Shown here: positions 8,354 through 15,802 of the stretch, piece after piece | Layout: every line of letters starts with the position of its first letter | Numbering within the stretch: position 1 is the first letter of the stretch | The notes under the pieces: generated by a model | Told to the model about the DNA's origin: nothing | What the model saw: only the letters and a program-made list of their open reading frames with translations | The model's database searches: none | Translations under genes and position numbers: made by a program | NCBI GenBank assembly: GCA_963801275.1 | Contig: CAWDEF010000001.1 | Location: 3,794,315-3,858,314, forward strand | Origin: an uncultured Acidobacteriota bacterium | GTDB taxonomy: Bacteria > Acidobacteriota > Thermoanaerobaculia > UBA5066 > Gp7-AA6 | DNA: 64,000 nt | Direction of reading: 5' to 3'

Positions 8354-9972
8354 ACACGCCCCTCGAGATCGTGCCGCTCGGGGGACTCGGCGAGTTCGGC
8401 AAGAACGTGCTTTGGCTGCGCAGCGGCGCTTCGAGCTTGCTGGTGGACGTGGGTGTGTCCTTCCCGGACGAAACGTTTCCGGGGATCGATCGGATCGCTC
8501 CGGACTTTTCCGCCCTGACGGGCGAGCGCATCGACGCGGTCCTGCTGACCCACGGCCACGAGGATCACATCGGCGCGCTGCCGCTGCTGCGCGGGTGGTG
8601 CGCCGCGCCGGTCTACGGCCTGCCCTTTACCCTGGCCCTGGCGAAGCGGCGGCTGGCGGAGTCCGAGTCACCGATGGCGGAGCTCTACGAAGTGCGCAGC
8701 GGCGAGCGGCGCATCGCCGGAGACTTCGCCTTCACCTTCTTCCGCGTGTCGCACTCCGTGCCGGATTCGGCCGCGATCCTGATCGAGGCCGGCGGCAGGA
8801 GGGTGCTGCACTCGGGCGACTTCAAGCTGGATCCGGATCCGCCTGACGGCGAGAGAACCGACCGGGAGGGTCTTGCCGCGGCGCTCGGGGACGGCGTTGA
8901 TCTTGCCCTGATCGACTCGACCAACGCCGAGCGGTTCGGCCGCGCTCCCTCCGAGCGGCTGGCCGGGAGGGGCCTGGCGAAGGCGTTCGTCGGCGCGCCC
9001 GGTCGGATCATCCTGACGACCTTCTCGAGCCACGTGGCGCGCCTTGCCCAGGCCACGGAAGCCGGACTTCTGCTTAACCGACGCATCGCCTTTCTCGGAC
9101 GGAGCATGCGCACAGTCAGCGAGATCGCCGAGCGCTTCGGGCGCCTTCGCCTGCCGGCGGGCAGCCGCGTGACCCAGGCCGACCTGTCCGAGCAGTCCCC
9201 CGCGCGGCTGCTCTGCTTCGTCGGGGGCAGCCAGGGGGAGCCCTTCTCGGCGCTCTACCGGCTGGCTCTCGATGAGCATGCGGATCTGAAACTCTCGGGA
9301 GGGGACCTCGTGCTCTTCTCCGCGCGCACGATCCCGGGTCATGAGCGCTCGGTCAATCGCGTCGCCGACCACCTCTCGCGCCGGGGCGCACGCGTGCTGC
9401 GCGAGGCGGACCCGCCGCTGCACGTCTCCGGCCACGCCCACCGCGGGGACCTGGCCGATTGGCTGGAGCTCGCCCGCCCGCGAGAGGTCCTCCCCGTTCA
9501 CGGCGAACGGCGCATGCTGGCTGCCGCCGCGGAGGTGGCCGCGGCCTGCGGCGTGCCCGAGGACCGAATCCACCTGCTCGACAACGGGGACCGTCTGCTG
9601 TTGTCCTCCGCCGGCTCACGGGTCGAGCGCGGGGCGGTCGCGGCGGGCCGGATCTACCTCGACTCCCGGCCCGAGGCGGTGGGCCCCGAGGTCGTGAAGG
9701 ACCGCCGTCAGCTCGCCGAGGAAGGATTCGTCGTCGTGCTCCTTTCGGCCGACCTGCGGGGTGAGATCTCAGTGGTTGCGCGGGGCGTAGCCGCGCCGGA
9801 GGCCGAATTGATAGGCGAGGTCTCTCGCGCGGTGCGGGCGGTCCTCGCGCGGGCCGGGGACGAACAACGTGGCGACCCCGACTGGCTCCGCGCCGAAACC
9901 GCACTCGCGGCGCGGCGCGCGTGCCGACGGGTCTTCGGAATCCGGCCGGTGATCGTTCCGGTGACAGTGTAA
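8350..9972 (+). CDS. rnj: Ribonuclease J
   Basis: 540 aa. N-terminus LEIVPLGGLGEFGKN, the MBL motif LLTHGHEDHIGALP, and a beta-CASP/C-terminal region. The GTG start overlaps the rsmA stop (GTGA). Confidence 0.85.
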   Translation: MNTPLEIVPLGGLGEFGKNVLWLRSGASSLLVDVGVSFPDETFPGIDRIAPDFSALTGERIDAVLLTHGHEDHIGALPLLRGWCAAPVYGLPFTLALAKRRLAESESPMAELYEVRSGERRIAGDFAFTFFRVSHSVPDSAAILIEAGGRRVLHSGDFKLDPDPPDGERTDREGLAAALGDGVDLALIDSTNAERFGRAPSERLAGRGLAKAFVGAPGRIILTTFSSHVARLAQATEAGLLLNRRIAFLGRSMRTVSEIAERFGRLRLPAGSRVTQADLSEQSPARLLCFVGGSQGEPFSALYRLALDEHADLKLSGGDLVLFSARTIPGHERSVNRVADHLSRRGARVLREADPPLHVSGHAHRGDLADWLELARPREVLPVHGERRMLAAAAEVAAACGVPEDRIHLLDNGDRLLLSSAGSRVERGAVAAGRIYLDSRPEAVGPEVVKDRRQLAEEGFVVVLLSADLRGEISVVARGVAAPEAELIGEVSRAVRAVLARAGDEQRGDPDWLRAETALAARRACRRVFGIRPVIVPVTV

Positions 9973-9975
9973 AGG

Positions 9976-10137
9976 TTAGCCGCGGCGCAGAGCGAAGGCG
10001 CCGACCGAAGCCAGGGCGACAGCGAGAGGCGAGTCCGACGTGAGACACGGCCGGAATCGGCGCTGCTCCGTCTGACCGGTTGCGTTTCCGGAGAGGATCC
10101 CGCCCAGGAGAACGAGAGCGCCAGCCTTGCCGCGCAT
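9976..10137 (-). CDS. Hypothetical 53-aa mini-protein (signal-peptide-like N-terminus, hydrophobic C-terminus ending in RRG); coding status uncertain
   Basis: [53 protein letters not shown]. It is the only ORF with any protein-like architecture in the 9973-10243 gap. Confidence 0.2.
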   Translation of the reverse strand: MRGKAGALVLLGGILSGNATGQTEQRRFRPCLTSDSPLAVALASVGAFALRRG

Positions 10138-10243
10138 GGGCCTCGCGAAGGTCCCACCGAACACGAATTGCTGGGCTCTTCTTAACACCCTCGGAGGTCG
10201 CCATCAAGCCCTCCAAACCGCGTCGTCGGCCGTGGGGGACTTC

Positions 10244-10459
10244 CTAGGCCTTCTGGTTCCAGCGCCGGGCGTGGGAGACGCCCAGGCGCATCGCGCCGTA
10301 GACGGTGACACAGAGCAGGAAGTCGAGCACGAGGCCGGCGTCGAACCGGAAGGGCTGATGTTGGAGGACCCGGGGAAGGGCCGGGTAGAGGATCAGGAAG
10401 TAGAGCCCGTTTCCCACGAGGATCGCGATCGAGTATTCGATCCAGCGGCGCGCCGTCAT
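10244..10459 (-). CDS. Small two-TM membrane protein, unknown function
   Basis: This is the 71-aa terminal part of track ORF 10244-11029 ([29 protein letters not shown]...[16 protein letters not shown]...). It is divergent from msrA. Confidence 0.4.
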   Translation of the reverse strand: MTARRWIEYSIAILVGNGLYFLILYPALPRVLQHQPFRFDAGLVLDFLLCVTVYGAMRLGVSHARRWNQKA

Positions 10460-10591
10460 GACCTTCCCGGGCGAGTCTATCGTCGGCACAGGGGAAGAGG
10501 GACGGAGCTTTTTCGGTTCTTCCCGGCACGGGCCCGCAGTCGGGCGAAACCCGCCCGGCTGGCGGACATCAGACGAGAAGGGGGACCCTCT

Positions 10592-11074
10592 ATGGATCAC
10601 GCGACCGAAAAGGCAACGTTCGGGGCGGGGTGTTTCTGGGGAGTCGAGGCGGCCTTCCGGCAGGTCCCGGGGGTCGTGGACGCGGCGGTGGGCTATGCGG
10701 GTGGCTCGACGGCCAATCCGACCTACCGGGACGTCTGCACGGACGAAACGGGGCACGCCGAGGTCGTGGAAGTGACCTTCGATCCGTCCCGGGTTTCGTA
10801 CGAGACGCTCCTGAACGTCTTCTGGGAGAACCACGACCCGACGCAGGTCAATCGCCAGGGCCCGGACGTCGGGACGCAGTACCGCTCCGCCATCTTCTTT
10901 CACACGCCCGCGCAGAGGGCAGCAGCCGAGGCCTCGAAGGAACGCCTCGAGAAGAGCGGCCGCTACCGCCGTGCCATTGCCACCGAGATCACGCCCGCGC
11001 CCACTTTCTGGCGAGCGGAGGACTATCACCAGCGCTACCTCGAGAAGAGGGGCCTCGCAAGCTGCAAGATCTGA
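10592..11074 (+). CDS. msrA: Peptide-methionine (S)-S-oxide reductase
   Basis: ATG at 10592 preceded by [30 protein letters not shown] (catalytic GCFWG) and [12 protein letters not shown] are present. 160 aa. The upstream part of track ORF 10127-11074 is not protein-like. Confidence 0.9.
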   Translation: MDHATEKATFGAGCFWGVEAAFRQVPGVVDAAVGYAGGSTANPTYRDVCTDETGHAEVVEVTFDPSRVSYETLLNVFWENHDPTQVNRQGPDVGTQYRSAIFFHTPAQRAAAEASKERLEKSGRYRRAIATEITPAPTFWRAEDYHQRYLEKRGLASCKI

Positions 11075-11083
11075 CGCGCCGCG

Positions 11084-11773
11084 TCAGCGCGAGCGGACGG
11101 GGGAGGTGCTCGCGGACGGAGGTGACCCCAGCGCGAAGAAGATCCGCGCGTGCAGCGGGCTGTTCTCGTGTCCGATGAGGACCGACTCGAGACCCGGAGG
11201 ATCTCCGAGAAAAAGCTTGCGCGCCTCGACTCCGGCCGGCAGGTCGAAGGCGAGTGGGGCCTTGACGGACTCTCCTGGCCGGAGCGGCCGGGCGAGCCCG
11301 GCCAGGCTCTCGGAGAGCGCGGGGTAGCGGCGCCCGGCCGAATCGACGAGGAAGACGACCCGGGGATTGGGGCCGAGGGGGGAATCTCCGCGGAACGGAG
11401 CGATCGTGTTCGGGTCGAACCAGGCCTTCATCCACACGAGGTAACGCGTGCCGTCGTCGGTGGGCGTGAGCTCCACGCGCTCGACGGAATAGGCCAGGTG
11501 GCAGTCGATCTCGCAAAAGTATTTGCGGGCGCCGGGCTCGAGGATCTTCTCGCGGCTCGCCAGCGAGGCGGCGAGAAGCACGGCCCCATAGCCCGCCGCG
11601 ACGAGGATGGCGCCCGCGCCAGCCCAGCGGGCGAGCCTCCACCGGCGGAAGGCCGCCGAGAGGACGGCCGCCAGAAGAAGAGCGCCCGCGAGCGCCGCGG
11701 TCCCGAGGAAGGCGACGGCGACGAAGGGCGCGTGCTCAGGCATGAAGCCTTGCGACATGAACTCGTCTCCCAA
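11084..11773 (-). CDS. Membrane protein of unknown function (two TM helices plus extracytoplasmic domain)
   Basis: 229 aa with two hydrophobic helices (aa about 15-40 and 50-72), then a soluble domain with balanced composition. It lies 130 nt downstream of the radical SAM gene on the same strand. The start is uncertain (three Met in the first 11 aa). Confidence 0.55.
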   Translation of the reverse strand: MGDEFMSQGFMPEHAPFVAVAFLGTAALAGALLLAAVLSAAFRRWRLARWAGAGAILVAAGYGAVLLAASLASREKILEPGARKYFCEIDCHLAYSVERVELTPTDDGTRYLVWMKAWFDPNTIAPFRGDSPLGPNPRVVFLVDSAGRRYPALSESLAGLARPLRPGESVKAPLAFDLPAGVEARKLFLGDPPGLESVLIGHENSPLHARIFFALGSPPSASTSPVRSR

Positions 11774-11903
11774 AGAATTCGATACCGGCCGCTGGCACTT
11801 CGGCGCGTCGAGGTACAGACGTAACGGTCGGGCGCACCCGCCCCGACACCGATCTCAAGGACCTCGCGCTGCTGAGTATGGCAGCGCGCCGGCGGGATCG
11901 GGG

Positions 11904-12920
11904 TCAGGACTCGAACAGGCGCGCCTGCCGCTCCGGCCTTCGGAACCCCGACGGCATCTCGGCGCCGTCCCGGACGTTCAGCCCGAGCCGCCGGCATTGC
12001 GCCTCGAAGAGTGCCTCGATCGCGTCCCAGCGCGGACCGATGCCTTGCATCCGCTTGCCGAAGGCGCTCTCGTTACGCCTTCCGCCCCGCAGCTCCTCGA
12101 TCGCGTGGAAGACCTTACGCGCGCGGCCCGGAAAGGCCGCCTGCAGGCGCTCCTCGAAGACCGGCAGGACCTCGGCCGGCAGGCGCAGCAGTGTCTGGAA
12201 GGCGAATCGGGCGCCCGCGTCACGCGCCCGCTCGAGCAGCTCCGCCGAGTCTCCGTCGTTCAGCCCGGGAATTGTCGGCGCGACCGAGATGCCCGTGCGC
12301 AGCCCCGCCTCGGACAGGATGCGGAGCGTCTCGAACCTCTGCGAGGGCGGAGCCGTTCCGGGCTCGAGCGCCCGGGAGGCGGCGTCGTCGGCGAACGCGA
12401 TGGAGATCGTCACGGAGACCGGGGTCTCCCTCGACATCCGCGCGAGCAGATCCACGTCGCGCCGGATGAGCGTTCCCTTGGTGATGATGCCCACGGGGTT
12501 TCGAAACTCCGCGAAGACCTCGAGGCAGCGGCGCGTGAGGCCGTAGACGGCCTCGAGGGGCTGATAGCAGTCGGTGTTGCCCGAGAGGCAGACGGTTTCG
12601 CCCTGCCAGGACTTTCGCGACAGCTCCGTGCGGAGGCGCTCGGAGGCGTTGATCTTGACGACGATCTTTCGCTCGAAGTCCGTGCCCGCGCCGAAGCCGA
12701 GGTACTGATGCGTGGGACGGGCGTAGCAATAGGCGCAGGCGTGAAAGCATCCCCTGTAGGGATTCAGGCTGAACCGGAAGCCGATGTCGGGACTGTTGTT
12801 CTCGGCGAGGACGCTCTTGGCCTCTTCCTCGAAGACCTCGAGCTTCGCCTCCGGTGGCTCGCCCAGCCAATCGGCATGCACGGATTCCCAGGGATTGGGG
12901 GGATTGGAGACTGGCTTCAC
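11904..12920 (-). CDS. Radical SAM protein, PA0069 / SplB-like (COG1533-type) family
   Basis: 338 aa. N-terminus NPPNPWES....NPYRGCFHACAYCYARPTH contains the CxxxCxxC cluster motif. The overall pattern fits the PA0069-family annotation. Confidence 0.8.
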   Translation of the reverse strand: MKPVSNPPNPWESVHADWLGEPPEAKLEVFEEEAKSVLAENNSPDIGFRFSLNPYRGCFHACAYCYARPTHQYLGFGAGTDFERKIVVKINASERLRTELSRKSWQGETVCLSGNTDCYQPLEAVYGLTRRCLEVFAEFRNPVGIITKGTLIRRDVDLLARMSRETPVSVTISIAFADDAASRALEPGTAPPSQRFETLRILSEAGLRTGISVAPTIPGLNDGDSAELLERARDAGARFAFQTLLRLPAEVLPVFEERLQAAFPGRARKVFHAIEELRGGRRNESAFGKRMQGIGPRWDAIEALFEAQCRRLGLNVRDGAEMPSGFRRPERQARLFES

Positions 12921-12979
12921 GGTGGGAGTGTAGCGTCAATCGGGCGCAAGGTCCGTCGCTCGCGCTTGCTCGGGATCTG

Positions 12980-13151
12980 GCGTCCTCGGGGCAACGGCTG
13001 AGGGCGCCGGCGAAGGCTCTTGGCCCTCGGACGCCACCGGTGGGCGGCTCGGCCAAAGGGCCTCGACCGCCCACCTGATCCCTCGCTGCGCGCTCGCTCC
13101 CGCGGCGCGAGTCGTTTCGCTCGTTCGCTCGCGAAACTTGGTCGCGCCGCG
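12980..13151. repeat. Three consecutive GC-rich stem-loops in the trpS / radical-SAM intergenic region
   Basis: Stem-loop A: GGCGTCC 12980-12986 pairs with GGACGCC 13029-13035, with an inner GAGGGC/GCCCTC stem. Stem-loop B: GGTGGGCGG 13039-13047 pairs with CCGCCCACC 13067-13075. Stem-loop C: CGCGGCGCGA 13101-13110 pairs with TCGCGCCGCG 13142-13151, nesting GTTTCGC 13114-13120 / GCGAAAC 13131-13137. Confidence 0.6.
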
Positions 13152-13243
13152 AGCGGAGTGATCAGCTCGCCGAAAATTGATGGGCGGACCGACGTCCCAG
13201 CATTTGCGGGCCCGGGCGGACGCGAGCGAGCGAAAGCCTGGTC

Positions 13244-14212
13244 TCAGCGAAGGCCCGTCGCCTCCCGGACTTCGCTCATCGTTTGCAGCGCGACCGTTCG
13301 CGCGCGCTCGGCCCCCCGGGTGAGGGTCGCCTCGACGAGCTTCGGGTCGGCCGCCAGGCGCTTGCGCTTCTCACGCGCCTCGGCGAAATGTCCGTCGATC
13401 TTTTCGATCAGGAGCTTCTTTGCGTCCCCGTAGCCGACGCCGCCGGCGCGGTAGCGAGCGGCAAGCGTGTCCCGCTCCGCTTCGGTCGCGAAGAGCGAGT
13501 ACAACGCGAAGACGTTGTCCTTCGCGGGGTCCTTGGGCGCCTCGACGGACGTCGAATCGGTGACGACACCCATGACTGCGGACTTGAGTGCCTTGTCCTC
13601 CGCGAAGATCTCGATCGTGTTGCCGTAGGACTTGCTCATCTTCTTGCCGTCGGTTCCCGGTACCGTGGGCGCCCGGTCCAGACGCGCCTCGGGCATCGGG
13701 AACACCTTCCGATAGGCCTGGTTGAAGTGGCCCGCCATGTCGCGCGTCATCTCGATGTGCTGAACCTGGTCCTGGCCGACCGGCACGAGGTTCGACTTGT
13801 AGATCAGGATGTCCGCCGCCATGAGCACCGGGTACGTGAAGAGGCCCACCGACGGCGCGATGCCGCGGGCGAGTTTGTCCTTGTAGGAGTGCGCCCGCTC
13901 GAGCAGCCCCATTCCGGTGACCGTCGAGAGGATCCAGGCGAGCTCGGTGACCTCCGGGATGTCTGACTGCCGGAAGAAGGTCGTCCGCCCGGGATCGAGC
14001 CCGAGCGCCAGGTAGTCGAGTGCTACATCGCGCACGTACTGCGAGAGGATCGCCTGGTCCTGAATCGTCGTCAGGGCGTGCAGGTCCGCGATGAAGAAGA
14101 AACACTCGCCCTCCTCCTGCAACGCGATGTGCTGCCGGATCGCCCCGAAGTAGTTGCCCAGGTGCAGCTTTCCCGAGGGCTGGACGCCCGAGAGGATGCG
14201 GGGAGGCTTCAT
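13244..14212 (-). CDS. trpS: Tryptophan--tRNA ligase
   Basis: 322 aa. ILSGVQPSGKLHLGNYFGA (HIGH-type motif) and the KMSKS motif are present. Confidence 0.95.
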   Translation of the reverse strand: MKPPRILSGVQPSGKLHLGNYFGAIRQHIALQEEGECFFFIADLHALTTIQDQAILSQYVRDVALDYLALGLDPGRTTFFRQSDIPEVTELAWILSTVTGMGLLERAHSYKDKLARGIAPSVGLFTYPVLMAADILIYKSNLVPVGQDQVQHIEMTRDMAGHFNQAYRKVFPMPEARLDRAPTVPGTDGKKMSKSYGNTIEIFAEDKALKSAVMGVVTDSTSVEAPKDPAKDNVFALYSLFATEAERDTLAARYRAGGVGYGDAKKLLIEKIDGHFAEAREKRKRLAADPKLVEATLTRGAERARTVALQTMSEVREATGLR

Positions 14213-14297
14213 GCGCGCGCCATTCTATCGGCGCCGGGCGAGTTCCGGCAGAAGGCCCGAGGCGGATAGAGTGGCGGCGGATCGGAAGGGAGGTTCC

Positions 14298-15299
14298 ATG
14301 CGCACCGCCTTCGCTGCCGCCTTCGCACTGTCTGCCGCTCTCCCCCTCGCCGCCCACAGCCCTGCGCCGGACCCGACCCCCACACCGGATCACCACGACC
14401 GGTCGCCGCAGGACGTGTTCCGGCTGAAGCCGCTCGGGGGAAACGTGTACGCCCTCTACGGCCGCGGGGGCAACGTGGGATTCTTCGTCGGGCCCCAGGC
14501 GGTGCTCGTCATCGACTCGCAATTCAAGGACCTGGCGCCGGGGATCGTCGAGCAGATCCGCTCGGTTTCCGACCGGCCCATCAAATTCCTGATCAACACG
14601 CATTTCCACGGCGATCACGTCGGAGGCAACGAGGTCTTTCGCCAGTTCGCGACGATCGTGGCGCAGGACAACGTTCGGGCCCGCATGCTCGCCTCGCCCG
14701 CCACGATCCAGCGCGAATACCCGGCGCGCCTGGAAGAGGCGCAGAAGGCCGGCAACCAGGAGATGGCGAAGTTCTTGGCCGAGCAGATCGAATGGGCTAA
14801 GACGGTGAAGGTGGAAGAGATCCCGGCGCCATCCCTCACCTTCGACTCCGAGCTTCGGATCTACCCGGGCAACGGTGAGACGATCCAGGTCTGGCATCTT
14901 CCGCCGGCCCATACCGACGGCGACGCCGTCGTGTATTTCGAGAAGGCCAGAGTCCTGCACATGGGAGACGATTTCTTCAACGGCGTGGTCCCGTTCATCG
15001 ACGTCTCCGGAGGCGGCTCAGCGCGCGGCTACCTCGCCGCCCTCGACAAGGTGATCTCCCGGGTGCCCGCCGACGCCGTCGTCATTCCCGGGCACGGCGA
15101 CGTGACGACCATGGCGGGCCTTAAGGCCTTCCGCCAGTACATCGCGGATGTGGTCGACGCCGCGCGCAAGGCCCGCGCCGCCGGCGTTCCCAAGGGGGAG
15201 TTCCTGGAACGCGTGGAGCTGCCGGCCTACAAGGACTGGAAGGGCTATCCCGACCGGTTCAAGGCCAACGCCGCCGCGGCCTACGACGAGACGCCCTAG
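14298..15299 (+). CDS. Secreted MBL-fold metallo-hydrolase
   Basis: ATG at 14298 follows GGAAGGGAGG. Signal peptide MRTAFAAAFALSAALPLAAHS. The NTHFHGDHVGGN (HxHxDH) motif is present. Confidence 0.8.
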   Translation: MRTAFAAAFALSAALPLAAHSPAPDPTPTPDHHDRSPQDVFRLKPLGGNVYALYGRGGNVGFFVGPQAVLVIDSQFKDLAPGIVEQIRSVSDRPIKFLINTHFHGDHVGGNEVFRQFATIVAQDNVRARMLASPATIQREYPARLEEAQKAGNQEMAKFLAEQIEWAKTVKVEEIPAPSLTFDSELRIYPGNGETIQVWHLPPAHTDGDAVVYFEKARVLHMGDDFFNGVVPFIDVSGGGSARGYLAALDKVISRVPADAVVIPGHGDVTTMAGLKAFRQYIADVVDAARKARAAGVPKGEFLERVELPAYKDWKGYPDRFKANAAAAYDETP

Positions 15300-15302
15300 C
15301 CC

Positions 15303-15734
15303 TCAGGCCTGCGGCTCCGTGAGCTGTTCGACCAGCTCCCGGATTCGGTGCCTCAGGTCGTCGCGGGTCTCGACAAACCGGCCGTAGCGCGCCAACGGGT
15401 CTCCCGCGAGGAACGAGGGGTCTTCGATCGGCCAGTGCTCGATCCGGCGGGCACCGGGCCAGGTCGGGCAATCCTGCGCCGCCGAGTCACAGACGGTCAC
15501 GACGATGTCGAACGCGTGGTCGACGAACTCCTGCGCGGGCTTCGAGGCCGCGTATTCCATCGAGAACCCGAGCTCTTCCATCGCGCGGACGGCCATCGGG
15601 TGCACCCAGCCGGTCGGTCTCGATCCCGCCGAGAACGGCTCGAGGACTTCGGGCCAGTCCAGCCGCGCCAGCGCCTCGGCCATCTGGCTGCGCGCCGCGT
15701 TTCCGGTACACAGAAAGAGGACGCGTTTCTTCAC
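15303..15734 (-). CDS. arsC: Arsenate reductase (thioredoxin-coupled, LMW-PTP fold)
   Basis: 143 aa. LFLCTGNAARSQMAE (CX5R-S P-loop) plus the downstream Cys pair VTVCDSAAQDCP are typical of Trx-dependent ArsC. Confidence 0.75.
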   Translation of the reverse strand: MKKRVLFLCTGNAARSQMAEALARLDWPEVLEPFSAGSRPTGWVHPMAVRAMEELGFSMEYAASKPAQEFVDHAFDIVVTVCDSAAQDCPTWPGARRIEHWPIEDPSFLAGDPLARYGRFVETRDDLRHRIRELVEQLTEPQA

Positions 15735-15802
15735 GACAAACGATCGTAACGCGGCCCCGCGCCCTTACGTTTCCGGCGATTCCGTCCGATAATGAAAGAC
15801 GC

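Noticed and set aside
10127-10591. An N-terminal extension of msrA (315-aa track ORF)
   Set aside because: The extension overlaps the minus-strand small membrane protein gene and is not protein-like. The ATG at 10592 has a purine-rich ribosome-binding site and yields a normal-length MsrA starting just before GCFWG.
11450-11500. A CEIDCH (CX3CH) motif in the 229-aa membrane protein as a possible heme c attachment site
   Set aside because: It is a single non-canonical motif with no other cytochrome features. CX3CH sites are rare and need dedicated maturation systems. The evidence is insufficient.
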